Below, piece after piece: positions 14,146-26,956 of a DNA stretch of 64,000 bases; the stretch's first letter is position 1, and each line of letters starts with the position of its first letter. The notes under the pieces were generated by a model, which saw nothing but the letters and a program-made list of their open reading frames with translations, ran no database searches and was not told the DNA's origin. The DNA is from Chrysomallon squamiferum (taxonomy: Eukaryota > Animalia > Mollusca), in the NCBI GenBank assembly GCA_012295275.1, contig CM022669.1:4836001-4900000 (forward strand). Reading direction: 5' to 3'. A program made the translations under genes and the position numbers.

Positions 14146-15784
14146 AATATAATAAAATAAAATAAATGAAAAAACGAAAAAAAAAAAATGTTTTTGTTCA
14201 TTTTTTTTTTTTTTTTTCATTATTTTATTTTATTTTATTTATGTTTTAAAGATTAAAAACATTACACACCATTGAGAAATACTTTAATTTTGTAATATTT
14301 TTCATAGAGTTTATTTTTTCTTCTAATCTTATGTTTATTACAGTTCTGTGTATCATATTCATACTATTAGAGGGATAGTTTTTTTTTTTTTTTTTTTTTT
14401 TTCTTTTTTTTATTAATTTATTTAATTTAATTTAATTTATTAATTTTTTAATTTTTTTTAAATTTTATTTTGACTCTTAAATCTATAAATAGAAATCAAT
14501 GGTCAGGCCTTGACTTGTGTAGAAACAATAAATCTGGCAACATTTGGATAAATCAGTAATAACATGTTCAAAATCTCTCAGTGAGTAAAGTCTTATACAA
14601 TCGAATATACAACAATGTGCTCTCTCAACATAACTGGTCTATGCATGCCTTTCATGGTCATGTCTTAAAGAAAGAAAAACCTTAGTTAAATTCACCGATA
14701 TATGATACAGTATTTAACTATGTCACAATACTTAATCTGTTTGATTACAGAACATGAGAAATATTCATTTAGTAATAAATAATAGTGTACTTTATTTTTA
14801 TGTGGTCCATGCATGCCTTCCATGGCAAGAATATATGGTGGGAAAAATTGTCTATGCTAAATTAATTGTTGCATAATTCACTGCTTAACTATGGTTATCA
14901 GTGCAGTGTAATGCACAATACTGATGGAAGCATGATATATACAATGATGTGTTTTATCAATACAAATAGTTCATGTATGCCTGTCATGGTCACAATAAGT
15001 TTGTCTGTGTTAAATTTATTATGTCATTTAATTATATATTTCTCAACAGAATGCAACACATATTAAAATGATTAAGAAAAGCCTGTTATTGGCATATGCT
15101 TGTATTACATGCACAGTTATATCCTTATCTTGTCTTTATTGACTAACTATTATAATGTCTGTATGACTAATTCTTTTATCTTGTTTCCTGTTTTTTTGTG
15201 TTGGTTCAAGTTATAAAATGGATTGGTTAATTGTTATAGTCATAATTATGTCGTTGTTACAAACTGGACTGGCTCATCTGTAACAAACTCAACTGACGTG
15301 CTATTCCAAACATCAGCTGATTCTTTATCAACCATCTGACTTGATTCGCTATCACAGACTTAAACTAGAACATCTTAACAAGAGATTTAACAATACGTCA
15401 TTACACAAACAGGAACCAGGATTATTATTATTATTATTTTTTTTTTTTAAATATTTACAAGCTTTTCATTTCGTGTATGGACACAGATTATCATTAGGAT
15501 GATTAACTAGAGAAAATTGAGAAGATTACACTGATTGTAAAGACTAATCTGGCTTCATTGTGACGTGTCCTCTTTCAGATTTACCTAATGTCCATGCACA
15601 AACCTTTCAGCCTTTATTTACTACACGTAAGAACATAAATCCTCAATTCTTGGAATAATTTGAGATAACAGACTGATTAATATTTCTTTTACATGCACAG
15701 TTCACCCACAGTTTAAACAGATATGTGATAAATGAGGTGCATGCTAACAATATTGCCCTGAATATTCTTAAGAAGGGTAAAATT

Positions 15785-16195
15785 TATTTCATGACATATG
15801 ATTGGTTGGTTTTACATCCATTTTGAAGCAGTGATTGGCTAAATTATATTCAACCATTAATTGTCTTGTTTTGTGGACTGTGATTGGTTAGATTTTGTCT
15901 GAAAAGTGATTGGCTAAATTATACAAGAACATTTACTAATAATGTTTCATGGCCAGTGATTGGTTATTTTGTATCTAAAAACTGCTTAGCCATAAAACAA
16001 TCTAATTAACAGGTCCTGCATAATTCATTATACATTACACTACACCATAATTTATTTTACTTGACCTATTAATTAAACTGTTTCATGACCTGTGATTGGT
16101 CACATTACATCAATCTTAAAGTAATGATTGGTTAAAAGTATGGGAACTTCATTTGTAATGGTTGCTTTAGTTATAATTTTTATATTTTCATTGGC
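15785..16195. repeat. Degenerate ~75-bp tandem repeat carrying paired CCAAT boxes
   Basis: ATTGG at 15801, 15834, 15883, 15909, 15959, 16095, 16127 and 16190; AGTGATTGGCTAAATTATA occurs twice. Confidence 0.7.
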
Positions 16196-16839
16196 AGGTG
16201 CTGTACATCATTTAGAAAATAATGAGCTCCAGATAATTTCATGTAATCAAAACAGAATAATGTTAATCTCCTTGTATTAAACATTTCTGTTATGTAGGAC
16301 CAACACTGCCAGGTTAATGGCTGAAAATTGAAAAACATAATAAATCTATTATAAACTGGTGATCTGGCAGATATACTTAGATTTACATTTATTATTTGGA
16401 CATATATTTACATTTGTACAGCAATAACAGACAAGCAAACAAAATAAATAAATAAATAAAAAAACCTAAACATCTATGTATTTGTTAATTTTCCCCAAGC
16501 ACAAGAAATCATTATTTTCATGTAGTTTTTTTTAACTGTAATTTTGTAACATCACACCATTACATCCTGAATCAATAAAATAAACAAATAAAAAACAGCT
16601 GAAATTAATCTCTCATTGCTACAGATCAGACAAGCACCTGGCTGCTGATACTGCTGATACTGCTGAACTTGTTTACTGTGTTTTACTGCTTCAAAACTAC
16701 ATTAATTTGTCACCGACTGCAACAGACAGCTTTGTGAGCTCTTTATTGCCATTACAGGCATGCATAAACCTTGGTTCGTGTTATAATCATATTACGTTTT
16801 TATATATGCAAAAAATGCACACACACACACACACTCATT

Positions 16840-17590
16840 ACAGACAAGGTAACAGTCAGTACAGACAAGTCAACACATTCAGTCAATACAGATAACACAG
16901 TACAGACAGGATAACATAATCACTTAATGCACACAAGATAACACAATCAGTACAGACAATCTAACAGTCAATACAAACAGTTAATATAGACACTATAGAC
17001 AAGATAATGCAGTATAAACAGGATAAAATAATGAATCAATACTGACAGCTAATACAGACACTAGACAAAATACCACAGTATAGACTGGATAACATAATGA
17101 GTCAATACAGACAGTTAGTACAGACACTAGAGACAAGATAACACAGTATAGACAGGATAACATAATCAGTCAATACAGACAGCTAATACAGACACTACAG
17201 ACAAGATAACACAGTACAGACAGGATAACATGATCAGTCAATACAGACAGCTAATACAGACACTATAGACAAGATAACACAGTATAGACAGGATAACATA
17301 ATCAGTCAATACAGACAGCTAATACAGACACTAGAGACAAGATAACACAGTACAGACAGGATAACATAATCAGTCAATACAGACAGCTACAGACAACACA
17401 GTCAGTCAGTACAGACAAGCTAACAGTCAATACAAACAGTTAATACAGACTATAGACAAGATAACACAGAATAGACAGGATAACATAATCAGTCAATATA
17501 GACAGCTAATACAGACACTACAGACAAGATAAACAGAATAGAAAGGATAACATGATCAGACAATACAGACAAAGCAGTCAGTCAGTACAG
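16840..17590. repeat. 68-bp-unit minisatellite (about 9-10 copies, decaying at the edges)
   Basis: Unit AGACAAGATAACACAGTAYAGACAGGATAACATRATCAGTCAATACAGACAGCTAATACAGACACTAN starts at 17131, 17199, 17267 and 17335. Confidence 0.92.
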
Positions 17591-17936
17591 TGTCAGCCAC
17601 TGGTTCCAACATGAACTAGATACACTATCATCTGTTGTGACTGATTTATTATCTTGTCAACTGTCCAGGTGGTGCCTTCTTGTTCCATTGATCTGCAAAT
17701 TACTCAGGCACAGGAGTTTAATAAACCTTACTATATCACCAGTTCATCGGGTACAAATGAATCAGTCAAAGAAAATCCAGATTCATTAGGAACAAGTAGC
17801 CTATATCTGACCTGTATCAGATACATTACATACATAAATGTACATCCACACACACAGACTAATCCATATGCATATATACACATATATTTATAATGCACAC
17901 ATACATACAGTCCTATATAACACTCACAGTCCTATA

Positions 17937-17987
<51 letters not shown>

Positions 17988-20056
17988 TAAACACACTATT
18001 AAAAAATATATGAATAAAAATATAAATAACAGACATACAAATACACATGCATGTAAACAAAGCCAGACACATATCATTTCCTTTCACTTCACTCAACCCA
18101 TCCTTAACTATAAAAACCATCAACAAAAAAAAGCCATTACTCCTTAGCAGAGAAGGGGTTAATACTAAATAGCACTGCAGATTATAGAATTCAATCAGGC
18201 CTGGCCAACGGAGGCAGGCATTTTTCTCAGTCACACAGTAAGACCTACAGGCAGGCCGGCTAATCTACTTTTCACTTCATTAATCCTTATGATGGGAAAA
18301 ATCCAATTCAAACAGAAAGCAGAATGTAAGACCATCCATTTCACTCTATTCTGCCTGCAAATCCATTCTGTACTAGAGGCGCATCCTGTAAAATTATATA
18401 GATAAACCAATCAATACTGGAGAATGCGAACCTTTGGTGCTGCGATATTAAATCAGCACGGATTGGCTTAACAGCAACAATTAATCTGTGTTAGTTGATA
18501 AGAATTTATTTTACCTTGTCAACTGAGACCAAAGAAGAGAAGTCAGGGTCATAAAAAAAAAATAGTAATAAAATAAAAAAATTTAAAAAAAAGGGAAGAA
18601 AATGGCAAAAAGGAAATTATGAAATTCTGTTGATTTTTCAGATCAATATTTTATATATAAAATTTATATATTGTTATGGTAATAATGTTTTATACAGTTT
18701 ATCAAGGTTTAGATATTCAGCCTTTAGAAACTGGTGGTATGTTTAGATTAAGAGAGTAAAGAAATATAAAACTGATACCAGATTTAGTTTTTCATTATGT
18801 CAAAACAGGCAATATGTTTAAAAACAATCCAAAGAAATGCTACCTCATTTAGAGTTTCTGTCTGGTAAAGCTTGAACTAAGTTTCATCTAACTACACAAC
18901 CAATTTGACAGAGTTTAGACAAAAAGCCTAAAGAAAAATGATACCAGATTTATTTAATTTTTCATAGTCTGCATGAATAAACACAACTTCAGGCTGTGTT
19001 TTTATTACATTCAGCAAGTATTGGCCTGATACTAGATTTTTAACATGTAAAAATAACAAAACAAAAAAAATGACACCAGATTTATTATGTCAGGTTCAAA
19101 TATGAAGTTTAAGATAAATGTCAGGGTAAATGAAATGGCAGGTTTAAAAAAAACGGATGCAAACACAGAGTCTGAACATGCAGCTGCTGTACCAGTCTAA
19201 GTTCAAGGTTTAGGTATATCACTTTAAGCAAATGTTACCAGACTTGATCAGGGAAGGAGCCTTAAGAAAACTGACTATTAATACAAAGTCTTCATATGCT
19301 GCCCAGAGCCACTATACGAAACAACCTGAAGATTATGAACTTGTGACGCTTTGAACACAAATTAGCAGTCTTCAAGAACCTTAGATTTCTCAAACAATCT
19401 TGACATTTGAAACAGTTCTTCTTGAAAAAAAAAAAAAACCCACTACAACAAAAAAACAAAAAACACATATCTCCAGCAGATTAAATCTGCAGATATTATT
19501 TTTTGGGGCTTGCCAGGGAAAGTCACAAAATGGCATTTTGTACTGCTGACATATACAGAAGGACAAATGTTTGAGAAAATAATATTTAACTCTTTTGTTT
19601 TTTGTCTTTCAAAATTATGAAATTACTAGCTTTGAGAGAGATTTTCCCTAAAATCGCAGCCAGTGGGCATGATTTGTGTGCTTCTGGCTGAAATGCCGGT
19701 GTTTAAATGAAAGGCATGCGAGGATAATTATGAAATTATAAAGAGATTTTCACGGCTTTTTGAAGTGGTATTCTGCAAGCGAAATCACACTTTAAAAAAA
19801 AGATAAAAACGAAGATGAAGAAAAAAGTAAAAGGAAGAAGGATGACCTAATAATATCTTCACCATCTCAAGTGTGTGTTGTTTATGTGTTTGTAGAAAAA
19901 GCCAGTCAGATCTTGATTTGTTTTTTTTCAACATGATGTAAATTTTGCCAGAAACAAGTCGTTTGTAATTTTAAATTCCTGAGTGTGTGAGCACTTATAT
20001 TTTTGCATGAGAACCATTGCATATATTCTGGTGTGGGTACGATCTGCTTATATTCT

Positions 20057-20112
<56 letters not shown>

Positions 20113-20423
20113 ATATATATTCATGGGATGTATGTACATAATGTGTATATTTGAAATTATTTCTAAAAATGTACATTTTCTTCTTCTTTTCAGATTAATT
20201 TTCAAATTAATATATACAAACATTTTCAAATAAATATATTTTAAATTTAATATAAAACATTTTAATCTTCTTTTCAGAAAACTGGGAGTTTTGACATAAT
20301 AAATGAGTCAAAAAAATTTAATTAAAAAATTGGGAAAAAAGGTTAAAAAAAAAAAAATATAGAAAAGAGAAGAAAATGAAGACAATTTATAATCATGTTA
20401 CATGTTAATTAATCTCTAACAGT

Positions 20424-20468
<45 letters not shown>

Positions 20469-20790
20469 CAAATGAGACATTGAAAACAAACAAAAGAAAC
20501 ATAAAATCATTTCTTTAAAAGTGAACAGCAAAGAAAAGAAAGTTGGTCAAAACAAATCTGATTATGTAATCACTTTGATTATGACGTGCACAGAATGAAT
20601 CAAATCATGTTTCTGTTTTCATAATGCTTAATCACCAAGGTAACCTTGTTACACACTGTTACAATGAGATAAATGAGAAATAATGAACTGTGACTTGGAA
20701 GGTTTTAACATTGTTAGACATCAATTGAGTTCTTTATTAACAGAATTATGTTTTAAAAATTAAATTAAAGAAAACAAACAAATAAATTAT

Positions 20791-20854
<64 letters not shown>

Positions 20855-22287
20855 CAATAATAATAAAAATAATAGAACAGAATATTTAAATAAAATAAAA
20901 TTATATAAATAAAATAGAATAAAGTGAAATGAAAATATGTCATTAAAAAACAAAAAAAAAAAAAAAAAACAATATGTAATTAAATAGTATATATGAAATG
21001 TATTTTTTTTTTTTTTTTGAATTATTAAAATGATGATGATGAATAAAACTGAAAGAAATTGATTTTTTTTAAGTTACAGTGACACAATAACCAGGCAGCT
21101 GTATCATAATAACAATAATAATTTTATTCATAAAATATAATAATAAATATTATGCAAATCATTTTTATAAATATCCATAATATCCATGAAATTTTTTTTT
21201 ATCTTTAGACATGAAGCAAAACTGAAATAAAATTTTGAAACAGAATCACCCTTATTACTCGTTTTAATAATTTTTTATAGAAATATCGAAATTCTGACAG
21301 CCTGTAAATATATTATCTCCCCCCTCACCAAGAAAAACAATATATATTTAAATACATGAGCATAAAGGTCTGTTTAAATTAACACTTTTTAATGGAAACT
21401 GTCAGCATGATAATAAAATTCATGTGTGCACAATCACTATAAATCACATGATTTACAACCACTTTGTTTTCCTGTTTTATGAGAATTTGGCATTAAAAAA
21501 TAATAAAATAAAAACAAAATTAAGAAAAAAATATTAAAACTACCCCCCCCTCAAATAAAAAAGCAACCCAAAACAACAAACAAAACAAAAACTCCATGTC
21601 AAATAACAACAATGGAAAACATATCTAATATTATTTGGAAGCTCTGTTTATATAGTTCATCTCTGTTTAAACATTTATGAATAATAATAAAAAAAAGAAG
21701 AATGAAAATAAAAACAAATCAAGACATCTTTAAGAAGAAACTGAGAAAATAATTAAGCTGACAAAAAAAAGATTTTATTTTTAGACTATAAAAAAGAAAA
21801 AGAATAAAGGTAAAAAAAAGAGATAAAGAATGAGAAATATTAAATAATTAAAATATATTTAGGTTTGAAAAAGGTTTGTATAAATGTATATTTGTAGTGT
21901 GGTGTATGTATTTTTGCATGTTAATTAAGCTGATATCTCCTGAAAGTTAATTTTACACACACGGCAACCTAAATATAACTATTTAATAATAAATATATTT
22001 TCTTTCAAACACCAGTATTCAATTCATTGATTTGCTTTCTTTCTTTCTTTCTTTCTTTTTTTTTAAAAATCTTTTCAAATGTCAGTGATTTTGAAATATT
22101 TATTTCTTCACAGCAAGGCAAGGCAGAGGTAATTCGAATGACTTTAATTAAAACCAAATTGTCCTATTTCAAACGTGTGCTCATGTATTATTTAAAATGT
22201 TTGTACATCCAAAGTTTAGACTGACATACCCAGTTTTATTTTAAATTAACTGAAGGTTGTATTATCAAGAATAGACAGAAGGCATGC

Positions 22288-22470
22288 CATGGCTTAGAGG
22301 TTAATTGAGTTTATATAGGTATGGGATCAATTCTTGCAGCAGAACCTGTAAAGCAATTTCCCATGCCAGCGAAAACAATACTATTTCTTCTGTCTATGGG
22401 AAGGTTTATATAAAAAGACTACTTGCTGCTAACAACAAAAAAGAGGATTATAAGGGGGTTTTTCTCTCTG
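22288..22470 (+). mobile_element. Degenerate tRNA-derived SINE (MetaSINE-like) relic
   Basis: TGGCTTAGAGG (A-box) and GGGATCAATTC (B-box), then CTGTCTATGGGAAGG...ATATAAAAAGACTACTTGCTGCTAA and a GGGTTTTTCTCTCT tail. Confidence 0.6.
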
Positions 22471-23432
22471 TTACTGTCATATGTATAATACTGTAAGTTA
22501 TTTGTTACTGTCATAATGAAAGAACATCCCTACATCATTGCAGATAAAAAAAAAATTAAAAAATCATTTGTATTGAAACAGGTGTAACATAGATATATTC
22601 ACTCACTCACTCACACAGATGCATACACTCAAACATACATTTTCATATATATTAATATATAGGCACATACATCTATACTCAATCACACACACACACATGC
22701 ACATGCACATGCACATGCACACACACACTCACACAAACACATGCACACACTCACTCACTCACTCACTCACTCACACACACACACTCACTCACACTCACTC
22801 ACTCACTCACTCACTCACGCACGCACACACACACTCACATATTCCTGCATTAATTAAAAAATATTTCCTTACAGACATATCACATTGGTATTAATGTCAA
22901 GTACGACACACCTGTAGTGAACACACCCATATTGATAGAGTAAAACACACCTGTTACTTTCATTGTCTCGGGTGACATTAACAAGGTGATGCGTGTGTTT
23001 ATGATGACCATAAATCCATAATAATATAATTAATACTATCTGCTTATCAGACACAATAAGCTAAAAATGCTCATATCCAGAATAATGTATCTAGTGGCAG
23101 TTTCCAAATATTGTTCCTTTTATCACCTGTAATCAGTCCCTGGAGCACCTGTTACACAGACGTTACCTGAGTTTTTATTACCTGTTGGTTCAACACCTTA
23201 ATCAGAACAAGTGAATAACTAAATCCAAATATAATGAATACAAAAATTCAAAAAGTTGTTAATGACTTTGAAAAATTCACCCAGGTATGTACATAATAAG
23301 TTAAACATATATATACATACATGCATACACACATACAGACTGTATACACCCATACATACACATATACAGGTATGTGCACACACATACACACACACAAAAA
23401 CATATTATACAACAAAAACATATACAAACACA

Positions 23433-23484
<52 letters not shown>

Positions 23485-23851
23485 TATACATACATAAAAA
23501 CATTTATACACACATATGTACAGATACACACACACACACTTATACATAAACATACATATATATATGCATACATGCATACACACACATACACACACCATAC
23601 ACATAAATACATTTCTTCTAAAAGTTATTATAATAGTCTTACTGGTGTCCCCTGTTTATAAATATTGATCTGTCCCTACTGTAAATTATACTGAATTACA
23701 GAATCTGCCGTTTTTTATTTACTTTTAACTCTTTTTCAGTTTCTACAAATAGTTACATTTAATTTTGTACGGAAAATAACATAAAATTGATATCAAAGTA
23801 AGGAAAGTAAAAATTATTAACAGTTAATACATTCTTTTCAGCAAACAAGCA

Positions 23852-23898
<47 letters not shown>

Positions 23899-23922
23899 AA
23901 ATAAATAAATAAAATTAAAATT

Positions 23923-23967
<45 letters not shown>

Positions 23968-24015
23968 TAAAAATTTAAACTTAAATACAGTTGTTTTTGT
24001 TTTTGTTTTATTTAT

Positions 24016-24176
24016 TGGTAGCAGTGCAATTTCTAGTATTGTTCTTACCACAGCTGTGGGTAACATTAAAGTTGATTTTGTTGTTACTACTTGTAATTCT
24101 ATAATTAGCAAGACAATTTTTCAAATAGCTCTGTTTTTAAGTCTGCCTTATAAAATGTTCTGCTTTTTTCCTTCCT
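24016..24176. repeat. Left arm of 161-bp inverted repeat (intron 3)
   Basis: Reverse complement of 29430-29590 with 3 mismatches by manual alignment; unique sequence, not low-complexity. Confidence 0.95.
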
Positions 24177-25392
24177 ATATAGCAAAATCGACTAATGTTA
24201 AGCTGTAGCTACTGCAAAGATCTTCAAAACCTGAATAACTGAAACTAGTAAGACTAAGTTAAGCTTTGATATTTTCTTACTGAAACAGAAGTATCAGCAG
24301 CAATGATAACAAAAAATAATAATAAAAAATAAAAAAACAAACATGATTAAGAATATCTTAAAGTAAATCAAAAATTAAATTATTTCTTCTTTTTTTTTTT
24401 CAATTTTACAAATTGAAAAATAAATTGAAACTAATTTATATTTTACCAAATTTGCCCCCAAAAATCTGCAATCTAGGCAAAAATTCTTTTGAATACAGAA
24501 AAATAAAATCAAACAGAAATTAGGTTTATAGCAAACATTTAAAGTCTGATTCAACAAAAAGCAATAATTCATTGGCTTAATTCAGAAAAAATTCTTGGTA
24601 TAATTTTCTTGGTTTGAAGTTACTGTCATTTGTTACTGACCAAAATACAAGAGTCAGCAGAGCTCATGTGACTGGCTGTAATAAATTATCATAAATTAGC
24701 AGTCTGTCCAATCAAAGAAACCTGACGTTGGATTACATTAGTCAAGACAGCTCGTACGATTGGCTGTAATAAATTATCATAAATTAAGGAAAATTAACCA
24801 ATCAAAGAAGCCCTCATTTCAAATTAAAGCCTTGTACCAGCACTGTTGATACAACAAGAATGACTTTAATAACAATTAGAAAAATGTGCAGCAACAGTTA
24901 AATCTGCTTCACAGATCTAAGCAGTTAATTTCAGGCTTCATCTGTTCTTCATTGACAAATAAATCTTTAACGTATTCATACGCAGAAAGGCTGACAATAT
25001 GTTAACGTTCTGGTAATTCAGTTCTCGCGCCAGCAACAATAAAACGTTCCAGATGTGACAATGTAAATCTTTAAAACAGGCAGGCACAATAATGGAATTC
25101 GCAATCAATGTAAAGATTTTTCTCCGTGTTTTCATTAAATTATGAACATGCAAACGGAATAACACCTCGCCTAAATAATCAACTCGCTCTCACTCTTCTG
25201 CTGAGCATTTTCTCTTTCTGAGTAAGTTTTGTTTCTCTTTCGGTTTCTCTCCCTCAGCAGTCTAACTTACTTTCTCATTTATGTACATTATCTTGTTTTC
25301 CATTGTCTCAAAGTCTTTACATTGTTTTCTCTCTCAATTTGCCCTCTTTTTCTTTCTCTCACTCCCATTCATTCCCCATTTTTTCTTTCCCC

Positions 25393-25416
25393 CTCTCTCT
25401 CTCTCTCTATCTTTCT

Positions 25417-25473
<57 letters not shown>

Positions 25474-25522
25474 ACTCACTCACTCACTCACTCACTCACT
25501 CTCACTCACTCACTCACTCTGT
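25393..25522. repeat. (CT)n/(CACT)n microsatellite
   Basis: Direct reading. Confidence 0.95.
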
Positions 25523-26906
25523 CTCTCTTTCTCAACTATTTTCTTTCTGTGTACTTTTTTCTGTCTGTCTGTCTCTCAGCTATTTCCCAGCACAGACTGC
25601 ATTATGAGAACTCATGCTCTGTTGGCCATCCAGGTAGCAGATTGTAAATAATAAATGCGTGTACTATAAAACATATTCTTTGTGGTATAATAAAGATGAA
25701 GTATCGCAGCTAACAATCTTTTACCTCATACATTATTTACAACTTGTGTAACTCAAGCATGAAGCCTTGTCCTCATCAACACACACATGCAAACATCAGT
25801 TACCAGGTAAAAATGAATGAATGAATGATTACCTGAACATGTGAAGAAATGAAAAATAAGCAAATAAATGAATGAATAACTAAACAAATGAATAACAATA
25901 CAAGTGAATTAATAACTGAACAAATAAAAGAATCAAGGAATGAAAATTTCATTTACACATAAGCAATAATGTTCATCATTCTACACATGAGAGAAAAAAA
26001 AAACATTTAACAAAAAAATAATAAAGAAATAAAGAAAAAAGAATGAATAAAATGAAATTAAAGAAAATATTTAGTAATGAAATTAACAGTTTTAATCACA
26101 TCATCATCCATATCATGGTTGATGACGTGACTGAGATACCATTAACAGAGTTAAAGTTAATCATTTAACAACCATCACATCACATCATTGTGGCTGATGA
26201 CTTAATACAGTTAACAGCAGCTTCACTTCAGATGACCCAGCCATCACTCCACTAACATTACAAAAATGGTTGACAGCTAAACCACTGTACACTGGCAGGA
26301 GTTTTATGATAGTTCAATCACCACAACACCAACTATATCAACATGGTTGATGATTTAACCATTGCCACCATTAGCAGATTTACTCAACAGATGACTCAAC
26401 TATTATGCCATGAACAATGCCACACAAACAATACCAGTAATAATACAGTTTATGACTTAGCATATGTTTGCAGACTAAACCACTGTATGTTTATCAATGC
26501 TGACTCAACCAAGGTGTGATTTTTTTTTTAAAGACATCTCTTTTTATGCTGAGTCTGGTTTAGAAATCCAGGGCTGATAAATCATGTTTATCTTGCAGCT
26601 TTGCTCAAGATGAAGTTTACGATTACAGCTTATCTAAACAACAGGAGATTTGGACTTCAAAGAGAAATAGGTGTGAGTTAATAAGGATTGTAAAATATTG
26701 CTATTGATTGCCTCACCTTATCGTTTGCTCTGTATTATTCATGGTTGAAAAATAAAAATCTGAGAACAAAAGTTTGTTTTATTGGTGTTGTTGTTGTTGT
26801 TGTCGTTGTTTTGGTGGTTGTTGTTGTTGTTGCTGTTATGATGGTGGAGTTTGGTGGTTACTGTTGTGTTAATAATGATTTGTAATTCTGGTATTATTCT
26901 CAAATG

Positions 26907-26956
<50 letters not shown>

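Noticed and set aside
18090-18165. piggyBac-like MITE ends (TCAACCC...GGGTTAA; lone TTAACC motifs at about 43810 and 44277)
   Set aside because: The matches are too short and not paired convincingly.
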